From a virus (taxonomy: Duplodnaviria > Caudoviricetes), in the IMG/VR virus record IMGVR_UViG_3300006893_000004, positions 1 to 36,936 of that record: a stretch of DNA of 36,936 nt. One strand, given 5' to 3'. Below, piece after piece: positions 26,722-35,552 of the stretch (position 1 is its first letter; each line of letters opens with the position of its first letter). The notes under the pieces were generated by a model. That model saw only the letters and a list, made by a program, of their open reading frames with translations, had not been told where the DNA came from and made no database searches. Both the position numbers and the translations under genes were made by a program.

Positions 26722-27107
26722 AGCAGACCGTCCGATCCCATCGCAGACCGAATTTCCATGACTTCAGGATCAACCTGCTCGATTTCTGGAATCTCAGTTT
26801 CCTGTGTCCATCCACGTTTTTCCTTTTGAGAGGGCGTAAAATCAACAGCGATTGTTACGCTGCGAGTGTGGGCCTGCGGACAATCAAGAATCACCTGATA
26901 GGTAGATGAATTGGCCGTCTCGTTCGTTATAGCCGTACACTCCGCAATGGCCCGCAGTTCTTTACACTCTACGCACCAAATGCGAAGATGATTCTTCGTA
27001 CTGCGCTCAACAAATCCACGTCGGGTCTCGCAAGTAAAGTGCGATGTATGACCTATCGCTTTAGGTGATGCGTTCTTACCGCTCCATTCTCCAATCGGCT
27101 TCGCCAT
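26718..27107 (-). CDS. Cys-containing hypothetical protein
   Basis: GGAGG RBS. Confidence 0.65.
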   Translation of the reverse strand: MAKPIGEWSGKNASPKAIGHTSHFTCETRRGFVERSTKNHLRIWCVECKELRAIAECTAITNETANSSTYQVILDCPQAHTRSVTIAVDFTPSQKEKRGWTQETEIPEIEQVDPEVMEIRSAMGSDGLL

Positions 27108-27122
27108 GTCCCCTCCGATGTT

Positions 27123-27623
27123 CTACGCTGCGAGTTTCTTCAATCGCTGTTGCTCCCGTTGCTCCGTCACGGTCTGCCATGAGCATCGGCTTTTGCAGTA
27201 CATCCCGCCATCTAATCGCCGCCCGAGCGTCGTTCCCTCTGGTCTGATACCGCCCATGTCGAAGGCGAAGTTCGAGAACTTCAACCACCGCTTGCAAACC
27301 TTCACATCGGCATAATATTTGTGGTTAGCCTGATTGGTATTTCGAACTCTCGTGAGCATCGCTGCCCACGACCGATAAATTCCCGTTCGTTTTCCGTTCG
27401 AGCAATGACCATGACGCAAATTCACTCGTGCCCTGCCACAGCAACTGGTTATGGGCCTGCATGTCCGAGTCATCAACGATCCGTCGAGTGCTCGAAGATT
27501 TTGGCAGACATTACAAAATACGAAATACGCTGTATGCGTGTTGATTAAACCCGCCGCCACTTCGATTACTTCCAACTGTCCGAACGTTCTGCCTACTAGA
27601 TTCTTTCGTATCTGTCGTGCCAT
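27123..27623 (-). CDS. Phage HNH-type homing endonuclease homologue with divergent active site
   Basis: LVGRTFGQLEV, YRSWAAM, VCKRW..F.NF..DMG.RP.GTTLGR. Confidence 0.8.
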   Translation of the reverse strand: MARQIRKNLVGRTFGQLEVIEVAAGLINTHTAYFVFCNVCQNLRALDGSLMTRTCRPITSCCGRARVNLRHGHCSNGKRTGIYRSWAAMLTRVRNTNQANHKYYADVKVCKRWLKFSNFAFDMGGIRPEGTTLGRRLDGGMYCKSRCSWQTVTEQREQQRLKKLAA

Positions 27624-28192
27624 TCCCCCTATCCTCTCGCCTGAGAGTCTTACGTTCGTAATCTGTTCGACCCACTGATATTTTAGTAGGCTGTTATTGC
27701 CCATCCCGCCTTTTTAGGAGGAGGAAGGGTAGGTGATGACGTGCAGAAAGCAGGACACCAAATGCATGTTATGACCATGCTAGTTGGAATCCCACTGTTG
27801 GTGGAAGTGTTGAAGGAACTTATTCACTCACTTTTCGCCAGATACCTGAAACAATAAACATGCTAAGGGGACTCGATATCCCCAAGGCATTCTTTATGCC
27901 TGTCACCACTGCCCTAATCTTGTGTCCCCGTAGCCGGGTGTATTGCAATCGCCAATTCCGTTGTACGTGTACGATCCGATTGAACCTCTGGGTGAGGCTG
28001 ATCATGCACCTGAACGGGCGGGAGACTAATTCATTACATGTGAGGGAGTTGGCCTGCGCTGGTGGAATGTCCTGAACAATCAAACCTTCAGAGACCGTGC
28101 TCCCGTCGATTAAGGCTCCATTTCGAGAGTCGAGTCTACGATTCAGGGTGTTTCACGGACAAAACCCAAAGAAACACTGTAAAAAATATTTG

Positions 28193-29035
28193 TCATGAGC
28201 CAATCCCAGAATCCATCGGAGCCTCTGTCGGCACTTCCATCAACCTCTTGGTTAAATCAGCCAACTGATCGTACTTGCCTTTATTCACGCCCACTCTATC
28301 CTCATGGCCCGCTGATACCTGCTTGCCAAATTGGGTCGTCTTCGGCTTCTGTCCGTTCTTGTATAGTCCGACGATCTTCCCAGTCGAGGGCTTGTCGGGA
28401 TTCACCTTGCCCGCCGTCTCCTGTGTCGTGCCACCGAGAGCGACGGTGTGGTCACCTATCTCCATCGGGTAGGTCGGATTCTCCGTGTTGAATTCGTCTA
28501 CGGCTTTCAACCGTTCGTCTTCGGATTTCTGGACTGAGTCCTGTCGAATTTCAAGAGCCGCCTTGCGATAGTCGATAACCGCGTCCCCATCTGTAGCGCG
28601 AACTGAATGCCAATCCTGCTTACGCCCGACGATTAGGTGCCCGAGCCATTGGTCGATTCTTACTCTGTCTCTGTAACCGATGAACACCCGACCATCTTCG
28701 AGATATAGCACCGCATTCTTCAACAGACGGAGTGTATAGTGCCAAAATGACCAGTCCACGAACAAAATGAGCTGCGCGGCGTTCAGCGTGTCTAATCGAA
28801 GTGCGACCACGCAATTCTCTGGGTCTTTCACTGGGTCGCCGTGAATTTCGAACCGGACATTCTCGACAGGAAGCCGCAATGGTTTGCCCGCTCCCATCTG
28901 TTGTTGAGCGTGCTGAATGAGATTATCTTGTACGCCTACAATGATGGGCAATCCCGCCGCCCTCATTCCATCATCCCAGATTCGTCGCAGTTCGTTCATC
29001 GGTCGGGAAGACCGTTCACGATATTCGTATCTCAT
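28193..29035 (-). CDS. Hypothetical protein with degenerate HNH-like domain (regulator candidate)
   Basis: WLGHLIVG...VRATDGDAVIDYRKAALEI aligns by eye with MHRLIM...VDHINGD.LDNRR.NLRI. Confidence 0.6.
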   Translation of the reverse strand: MRYEYRERSSRPMNELRRIWDDGMRAAGLPIIVGVQDNLIQHAQQQMGAGKPLRLPVENVRFEIHGDPVKDPENCVVALRLDTLNAAQLILFVDWSFWHYTLRLLKNAVLYLEDGRVFIGYRDRVRIDQWLGHLIVGRKQDWHSVRATDGDAVIDYRKAALEIRQDSVQKSEDERLKAVDEFNTENPTYPMEIGDHTVALGGTTQETAGKVNPDKPSTGKIVGLYKNGQKPKTTQFGKQVSAGHEDRVGVNKGKYDQLADLTKRLMEVPTEAPMDSGIGS

Positions 29036-29265
29036 GATGGCTCCTCCGAGTTTATGCGGCCCGTCGAAATCGCAAGAGTTGCTTCCGCTATCTGATCGAG
29101 CAGATGCAGTTCAACGGCCAAATCTTCTTCGCTCATTCTTTTTTGGCGTGCCGTCAGTCGAGGCGCGATTAGTCCGACCTTCCTGCGGAGTGGTACTCGT
29201 ACAATTTGTCCGCTGACGATTCTTGGTTCCGTATTGTTGAGATAATTACGTTGTTCTGGCGTCAT
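29032..29265 (-). CDS. Hypothetical protein
   Basis: ATGA coupling at both ends. Confidence 0.6.
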   Translation of the reverse strand: MTPEQRNYLNNTEPRIVSGQIVRVPLRRKVGLIAPRLTARQKRMSEEDLAVELHLLDQIAEATLAISTGRINSEEPS

Positions 29266-29513
29266 GCTGTCACCTTTGCGTTCTGGCCCGCGACTTTCTG
29301 TGCTGTGCTTGAATTCATGACGGCACATGCGAACCGCAGTTTGTGGTCCGTCGTCATCACATTCCCCGTCGCAAGATTCTTCTGCGCGGTCTTCTTGATA
29401 CCGTGCTCAATCGTGCTCAGTGAGTGCATGGCAACCCAAAATTCCCATTGCTCCTCACCGGGCGGCACGCCAAGAAGTTTGCCCCACAACATTTTCAAGT
29501 CAGGTATGTTCAT
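29262..29513 (-). CDS. Hypothetical protein
   Basis: ATGA coupling at both ends. Confidence 0.65.
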   Translation of the reverse strand: MNIPDLKMLWGKLLGVPPGEEQWEFWVAMHSLSTIEHGIKKTAQKNLATGNVMTTDHKLRFACAVMNSSTAQKVAGQNAKVTA

Positions 29514-30001
29514 GCGGCACCCCCAGAGTAGCAATGCTGGTAGCATCGGCCTGCTTTCACTTCATCACCCATGCATGGATCGACAAATTCCTTACAACCT
29601 TTCCATGAACAAGGCGGTCGATACCTGCGGATGACCTCTGGGTCGTCCTTGATGACATGTGTGACGTTTGCAAACTTGCCGTCACAGGCGTGTTGGATGT
29701 TGACTCTTAGCTCCTCACCTACGAGCCACTGGATGTTGAAGTCTTTTCCATTGCGGGGCCAACCCATGTCATCAAGGAACTTGCCTAGTGCGGAACCTTT
29801 CGAGGTTTTCAAAGCAAAGAGATTACTGGCCGTTGCATAATCTCCGTTAGCATCCTGCTGGTCCACCATCTCGAAAATGATTTTGACTTTATCTTCGGTG
29901 CGGAACTGGCCTTTTTGTTGCGGTAATTCGTTCACGGTGACGATGCGGGCAAGATGCTCGCCTTCGGTCGCCATCTCTTCTAACCCAAACTTTAAACCCA
30001 T
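29510..30001 (-). CDS. Phage SSB-like OB-fold protein (DUF669-like)
   Basis: EGEHLARIVTV...KVKIIFE...SALGKFL...LVGEELRVNIQH...FANV. Confidence 0.6.
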   Translation of the reverse strand: MGLKFGLEEMATEGEHLARIVTVNELPQQKGQFRTEDKVKIIFEMVDQQDANGDYATASNLFALKTSKGSALGKFLDDMGWPRNGKDFNIQWLVGEELRVNIQHACDGKFANVTHVIKDDPEVIRRYRPPCSWKGCKEFVDPCMGDEVKAGRCYQHCYSGGAA

Positions 30002-30034
30002 GTCATTCCTTTCCAATCACATACGGTCTTTCTG

Positions 30035-30173
30035 TGTCCACCTTATACAGCAACGATCTGGTCCGAAATGTCCACCTTATACGCCTCAGTAATAGATTAC
30101 TGTATACACAACAATCATAATAGTTAGGTCTTACAGTAATCTATTGCTGTTACTGAGGCAGATAAGGTGGACA
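30035..30173. repeat. Iteron-like repeats, candidate replication origin
   Basis: TGTCCACCTTAT at 30035, 30069 and inverted at 30162; 18-bp inverted repeat 30087/30132. Confidence 0.65.
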
Positions 30174-30492
30174 TGTTTTTCTTACGCTTCTCCGCACCTT
30201 GTTCTGTGGATGTTTGCCATGCACAGTTGCCTTGTCGATAATCGCCCGTGTCCCTGAATCTCCCTAGTGTCGTACCCTTCGGACGTTTGCCCATGTCCGT
30301 TAAGAAATTCTTAAAACCATGCTCACCCCGCCAACGGTCGCAGATGGTCACGGGTGGATTTGCACCGCCGTAATAATTCCATGCAGGGTGCTTCAAATTC
30401 GTACAACGCTGTCCCATTGACTGCCACGAGAGATATTCAGGTGTGGGCGGGTCTGAACATCCGTGTTTGTTAGGGTCCGGTCCAAATATCAT
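30124..30492 (-). CDS. Phage HNH-type homing endonuclease homologue (paralogue of 27123..27623)
   Basis: EYLSWQSM..RC...YGG...ICDRW...F.NFL.DMG.RP.GTTLGR...NCAW. Confidence 0.8.
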   Translation of the reverse strand: MIFGPDPNKHGCSDPPTPEYLSWQSMGQRCTNLKHPAWNYYGGANPPVTICDRWRGEHGFKNFLTDMGKRPKGTTLGRFRDTGDYRQGNCAWQTSTEQGAEKRKKNMSTLSASVTAIDYCKT

Positions 30493-30797
30493 AGAATTGC
30501 TAACGCCTCGATTTTGGCCGGGACGATTCTGTACTGGTTTGCCTGTAGCCTGCCGCCATTCCCGCCGCTTCCACGAATCCACGAGAGGATGCCCAGATAC
30601 TGGAAACGGGCGTTTGCACGCCTCACTGCCTTACAATCCCCGCGTCGGTCCAACGTCAAGTCCAGAGCCTCTGCAATTGTTCTACGGGATGCACAGAACT
30701 TTCCTTCGTATGCCACACGCAAGTAGTGATCGAGAATCTTCGCTTCGTTCGGCGTGAGGCCGATTTTCTTCTGCAAAGCTGTTACTATCTTTTTCAT
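30489..30797 (-). CDS. Winged-HTH replication-initiator-like protein
   Basis: LTPNEAKIL...FCASRRTIAEAL...V.RA...LGILSW...ANQY. Confidence 0.6.
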   Translation of the reverse strand: MKKIVTALQKKIGLTPNEAKILDHYLRVAYEGKFCASRRTIAEALDLTLDRRGDCKAVRRANARFQYLGILSWIRGSGGNGGRLQANQYRIVPAKIEALAIL

Positions 30798-30933
30798 ATT
30801 CCCTTCCTCGATTCCACGCCCGTTCCCATCGTGCGTGGAATCCTCCTCCGTTGCTCCGTCGTGCCTTGATGGTGGGTGCCATCAATCAACCTGAACTGCA
30901 TGCAGGTTTCACCGGGAACAAAACTACAGTTGC

Positions 30934-31302
30934 CTATCTTGCTAACTGCCATCGCCACGGCGCGGACGGTGCACCCTTCGACTTCTTCACGCCCGCACGC
31001 TTACTTGCGATTACGAATGTGGGACGCTTGAATCCCGCATGTTCCGCAGCGGCGATCACTTTGCCCGCGTCATGCGCCTTACCATCGGACAAATAATCAC
31101 GTAACCACGCGATGGCTCGGACCTGAATCGAATCTTTGCGCGGTCCTAACTTCACACCTTTCGTCAGCCCGCGTCTCGCAGGGCAAGGGAGAATCGCCTT
31201 AAACCGAATCTCCGCTGGCTTTGTGAGGGTCGCGTCTAGGATGGCCGACAATCTGCGTATCTCGTGGCGAAGTTGCCGTTGGAATTGAACTAGGTCAATC
31301 AT
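30934..31302 (-). CDS. Basic protein with winged-helix-like C-terminus
   Basis: AIAWLRDYL..G......VIAAAEHAGF...T...A.KR.GV...WRW. Confidence 0.65.
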   Translation of the reverse strand: MIDLVQFQRQLRHEIRRLSAILDATLTKPAEIRFKAILPCPARRGLTKGVKLGPRKDSIQVRAIAWLRDYLSDGKAHDAGKVIAAAEHAGFKRPTFVIASKRAGVKKSKGAPSAPWRWQLAR

Positions 31303-31628
31303 TCTGCTTCCTCCATCGCGATCATGCCGTTCTTAAACAGCACAACACTGCGGCCCGTGTCCTGTCGCTTGAGCGTGATGCTGTAAATATTGACTGTTTC
31401 AAGCAGGCCCACATATTGATACGATCCGTTCACGAGAACGTTGACTTGCTTCCCGCAAAAAGGGACGCAGGCATCTTCCTGCGATGGCCCGCGCATCTTG
31501 CGTACCGGGGTTGATGTCGTGATCGGTACTTGTACAGCCGATTCCATTGGTGCGGGCATTGGTGTTAGTGCTGCTATTTCTCGTGATACCTTGCTGGCTT
31601 GATACGATTCTCTGAGAGTCATTCCCAT
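31299..31628 (-). CDS. Hfq/Sm-like RNA chaperone candidate
   Basis: KQVNVLVNGSYQYVGLLETVNIYSITL...SVVLFKNGM parallels Hfq Sm1/Sm2. Confidence 0.6.
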   Translation of the reverse strand: MGMTLRESYQASKVSREIAALTPMPAPMESAVQVPITTSTPVRKMRGPSQEDACVPFCGKQVNVLVNGSYQYVGLLETVNIYSITLKRQDTGRSVVLFKNGMIAMEEAE

Positions 31629-31658
31629 AGTTCCTCCGCGTTCGTGTTCTACAAACAA

Positions 31659-31698
31659 AACGAAAAGCCCTGCCCACCGAATGAACGATGAGCAGGGC
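31659..31698 (-). terminator. Attenuator-like terminator upstream of the Hfq-like gene
   Basis: GCCCTGCTCATCG-loop-CGGTGGGCAGGGC followed by TTTT. Confidence 0.7.
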
Positions 31699-31920
31699 AG
31701 GATGTGACCACGCTCGACAGCGAAATGGTCACTGGACTAAAAATTTTATGGGCGGCTGTCGAGACGATCCATTCCCGCGATGCGGGCATCCTGCTTGGCT
31801 TTATTTGTGGGTATCCATCGTCGAGAACCGACGACTGTCAATCGACTTTCTATTTTCCTATTCGTCTCATGCCCACATTGTTCCGGGCACCCGACACTTA
31901 CAGAAGTTCAATCTATTCTT

Positions 31921-31950
31921 AGTCTACTGCACTAACTCGCACCTTGTCAA
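31921..31950 (-). promoter_or_regulatory. sigma70 promoter of the replication operon
   Basis: TTGACA-N18-TAGACT. Confidence 0.65.
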
Positions 31951-32045
31951 GCATAATCGTCTCATTTTGCGAAACTATTTGTGTTTCTAAAAGAGAGTTA
32001 CTTCGTTTCTACACATGCGGCAATCTTCTCCCGCTGGTTACTAGG

Positions 32046-32264
32046 TTATCGCCCTAGAGTGCCTGTTATTCTGGAATCTCTGTAATCCCCGTCACTTCGC
32101 ACGATCTGCTCGACGAGGGAACCCTGTCGATTGAAATTGTACGTGTACTCTTCGTCGGTGACCGCCAGCCCACCCGCCGTCTTGCGTACATGGGTCTCAC
32201 CTACTAACTCGATCCACGGTCTCTGTCCGAAACACTGTAGAAGTTGCACGTTCGCTTCGCTCAT
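32046..32264 (-). CDS. Hypothetical protein
   Basis: ATGA coupling. Confidence 0.55.
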   Translation of the reverse strand: MSEANVQLLQCFGQRPWIELVGETHVRKTAGGLAVTDEEYTYNFNRQGSLVEQIVRSDGDYRDSRITGTLGR

Positions 32265-32785
32265 ACGTGCTTCCAACTTCGATTCTTGAGAACATGACGC
32301 ATCGCACTGAGACTTACCCCGAATTCATGTGCCAGCGATAGTGGATATTCTCCCGTCTTGGCACGTTTGCGAATCTCGATGACTTGCTTGGTATTAAGTT
32401 TAGCCGTGTTGGACTTTGACCCACGGGGTGCTCGTCCTTTTGCTTTCTTATCTGTGTGGTTGGCCTTGTTGCTGCCTTCGAACAGGTGCAGGTATCGAAC
32501 ACACGCCCGATTGTCGCACTTATGACAGCCTTGTGGCTCTGGGTATTCGCCCGTCTCAAGGAACCAAGCGACTCTATGTGCTCTGCCAGTTCTTCTTTCA
32601 CCGACACCGATTGAACCGTAGCCATCTGCGTCTTTCACAGCAGTCCATTCCCAGCATTGGGTGCCCGCAATCTCTGGATACGCCGCAACTGCGACCGCAG
32701 ACGGCATTGCCCCGTTCTTGTTAACATACTCCCAGAACCTTCCGGCCAACGGCTCAGGATTCTTACCACTTCCAAGTCCACCCAT
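32261..32785 (-). CDS. HNH homing endonuclease with C-terminal HTH
   Basis: CWEW...GYG...AHRVAW...CHKCDNRACV..HL..G...N. Confidence 0.92.
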   Translation of the reverse strand: MGGLGSGKNPEPLAGRFWEYVNKNGAMPSAVAVAAYPEIAGTQCWEWTAVKDADGYGSIGVGERRTGRAHRVAWFLETGEYPEPQGCHKCDNRACVRYLHLFEGSNKANHTDKKAKGRAPRGSKSNTAKLNTKQVIEIRKRAKTGEYPLSLAHEFGVSLSAMRHVLKNRSWKHV

Positions 32786-32913
32786 TAGATTCCTCCCACC
32801 AAGGCGTCAGTGAATCTCTTGTCCACATCGGCGGGTCTACGGCAATGCTTCTGTATGGCGGAATGTCCGAGATGACTATCTGAAAGTACCCACCTGCGAT
32901 TCTTCGGCCTCAT
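32785..32913 (-). pseudogene. N-terminal remnant of a metallophosphoesterase (42 aa)
   Basis: WVLSDSHLGHSAIQKHCRRP, then a stop overlapping the HNH start. Confidence 0.6.
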
Positions 32914-33476
32914 GCCGCGCTCCAGTCCCTAGCTCGTATCTCATGCGTATGGATGTAATCATGGACCGCTCGCAGGTTCATGTCCTTCACGGTTAGCAGA
33001 TGATTCGCGAGTTCGAGAATATAGAGCATGCGAGTCTCGATAATCACCTTGCACAATTTGTACGAGTCCACGAGCACCATGTACCATTCACAATTAGCAA
33101 ATGGCGAACGCTCTCCGGTGAGTATGCTTCCTATCGCTGCCAGAATGTCGCCCGCTCGAATTCCCATGCGCCCGGAGATGAAATCTGCATCACCCTTGCA
33201 GTCGTATAAGATTTCTCGCATGCTACCCGATGCCAGATAGGTTGCCGTGATTCCTGCCAAATCTATAGAATTCAATGTATGAGTACAATCCGTCTTCTCC
33301 AACACGCCGCACTCGCCCTGATGCCCGTTCTGTGGGATGATGCTCACACCTGTAAGAAATAGCCCGCCTTCAACCCGTTCGCCGCCAGCTTGCTGAAAAT
33401 ACTGCGAAGCGGTGACGATGGTGTGAGCGGCTTCGTGCAGAGCCGTACGAATTTCTTCTGCCACGTTGGGGTTCAC
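32910..33476 (-). CDS. HEXXH metallopeptidase-like protein (FtsH/M41 protease-domain type)
   Basis: RTALHEAAH...VSIIP...LAG...GD...ELANHLL. Confidence 0.7.
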   Translation of the reverse strand: MNPNVAEEIRTALHEAAHTIVTASQYFQQAGGERVEGGLFLTGVSIIPQNGHQGECGVLEKTDCTHTLNSIDLAGITATYLASGSMREILYDCKGDADFISGRMGIRAGDILAAIGSILTGERSPFANCEWYMVLVDSYKLCKVIIETRMLYILELANHLLTVKDMNLRAVHDYIHTHEIRARDWSAA

Positions 33477-33757
33477 TGTGCCCTTTCCAGCCTGCGAACG
33501 AAGTCACCTTTGTTCAGCAGGACCGAATGTCTGGTGATGTGATTCCCAGCGGCGTTCAATGCAGCCTTCGCTTTCACCAGTTGGCACATGAGATAGGCGG
33601 TGAGTTGGATCGCACTCGGGATTACTCGCTCCCTGCCAAGGTCAGCGGCTTGCCAGAGCGTCACGGCTTCATCGTACGCGGCTCGCTGGTTCGTCAGTTG
33701 ACGGACTGCTGCCGCGTGCATTCTATCTGTGTTGACAAACGAAAGTTCTGTCTTCAT
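33473..33757 (-). CDS. Hypothetical protein
   Basis: GGGGG RBS, coupling. Confidence 0.65.
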   Translation of the reverse strand: MKTELSFVNTDRMHAAAVRQLTNQRAAYDEAVTLWQAADLGRERVIPSAIQLTAYLMCQLVKAKAALNAAGNHITRHSVLLNKGDFVRRLERAQ

Positions 33758-34240
33758 GATTCCCCCTGTTATTTAACTCTGTAGTAACTGGTCGCATGTA
33801 GTCCCGCGTTTCTATTCCATGACTATTCCTCGTGAACAATTTGCAATTCCGTGACTGACATTACGCCCCGGTCACCGCAAGGGATTCGGTCACGGTCGTC
33901 ACTTCCACGGGAATCGCTACTGCCCTCGGCGCGGGACGTAAAGCCGCAGCACACCAGCGGCCCGCCGTATTACCCTCTTAAGGCGAGTGCAATCTGTAGG
34001 CGAGTTGTACCCGTACACGGTGCGGTCGCTGCTAATCCTGTCGTCTTCATGAATTCTCCTGAGAAGCGGATATCGCTTGTTCTCAAGAGGCTTGTACCTG
34101 CTGTGGTTGAGCACCACGTCCACGGTTTAACTTGACCCATCCCTGCACTGCGATAGGTATTATTTTCGGTTTGCCAGTGGATGGCACCGCCGCACGTCTC
34201 ATCCACGATTGACCACGGATTCGGTCAACCACTTGTAACC

Positions 34241-34269
34241 AGAGTAACACGTCCCCGCCTAGATTGCAA
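34241..34269 (-). promoter_or_regulatory. sigma70 promoter ahead of a ~480-nt leader
   Basis: TTGCAA-N17-TACTCT with extended TG. Confidence 0.55.
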
Positions 34270-34498
34270 GAGGGTAATTACGCTGCCGCCCGCAATGGTA
34301 GTAAATTCATTCACATGAAAGTTTCTTCTCACGAACCGCCCACAGGTGAACATACGGACCTAGGTGCTCGCGTACATGATAGGTTGCCGACGTTCTGGTA
34401 AGGCAGGAGCGATCCGTACGGTAGGGTAGGCTTAGTATCCATAATCCGGGACGTATCTCAAGGTGTGTAGGCCACTTCCTTTCGAACATTTCCAAAGT

Positions 34499-34515
34499 AA
34501 AAAAAAAAAAAAAAA
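34499..34515 (+). repeat. A17 homopolymer
   Basis: Directly visible. Confidence 0.9.
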
Positions 34516-34573
34516 TACCTAGGGGTGGGTCGTCTTTTCCTGTAGATTTTTTCAGGGCATGCAATTCCTGCCA

Positions 34574-35255
34574 GAATCCAAAATCCAAAATACCACCCTG
34601 CCCGAATAAGCACGGGACTCCTAGAATCGAAGTGCGAATCCTGTGGGAATCCAAATCTGATTCACGTATCCCAGATTCCAAGTCGCCTTCCGTGGCTAGG
34701 CCAAGCGTAGCGGCTGTCGGGAGGGTGGGCGGACTCCCTGCGGCACCCTGTTTTAGGGTGGTTTTAAAGAGACTCCTTTAACGTCCCTATAATCAATTAG
34801 TTACACAGGATAGATTCCGACCAGTCGGTATTTAAGGCAATCGGGCCTATGGATTGCGGGGAATCGGGGAATCGACTCTGCTCCCGACCCGTACCTAAAT
34901 ATTGTGGAATCAATGAGTTATCGGGCCTTCCGGCAGTCTCCGCATATCACCTTATGAGATAGTGTGATATGGGCCTGATTCCAAGATTCCCAAGACTGTA
35001 AATGACGTGTTATCAACATGATAGAACCGAGGTTTGACAAACTAATCTATTAGTTGATGATGATTTCTGTAGGAAATGATCGAGCCTAGCACAATCGTGG
35101 AATCTTTGAATCCGGAATGTATACGCGGACGGTACGCGGGGAATCTGCTGCTTCTGTTCTATAGGTGAGCGTGGCGATGCTTGCCCGAATTGACTGGATC
35201 ATCCGATTTTATGCCGTGACGAATCAAGGCGAGTAATAGGGGCAGGTTGGGAATC
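34574..35255. other. Non-coding GANTC cluster (21 sites) with IHF boxes
   Basis: Manual count; WATCAAN4TTR at 34791 and 34908. Confidence 0.8.
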
Positions 35256-35479
35256 TGGCTTGCCGTTCTCTTCTGTTCCCTCTGGGATGGTGCTAGCAAG
35301 TGCCCGACTTGAAAGTGAAATGCCTGCCCGATCTGCCGCGATTAGCCCGGTTCCCGCTGTACCCGTACAAAGCTAGGCCGTAAGAACAGACCTGCCCGGA
35401 ACTGTATCCCGTACACATAGCCCTCAGTAGGTAACCACTGCCACGTTACCAACGTTCGGAATAATATTGCCAACACCTA

Positions 35480-35508
35480 TTGACACCTGTTCAGGTGTAG
35501 TTAATACT
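35480..35508 (+). promoter_or_regulatory. Early-operon sigma70 promoter with palindromic operator
   Basis: TTGACA-N17-AATACT; ACACCTG-TT-CAGGTGT at 35483-35498. Confidence 0.75.
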
Positions 35509-35552
35509 CATCATAGTTAAGCAATCAGCCCGATAGGGCAGGAGCAAACCAG

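Noticed and set aside
31862-31896. Fourth copy of the GUGG/AGGG hairpin on the minus strand
   Set aside because: Shares TGCCC/GGGCATGAG only; lacks the invariant loop and outer stem
34307-34681. 124-aa ORF crossing the poly-T/A tract
   Set aside because: Poly-Phe run, no RBS, repeat-rich context; probably spurious
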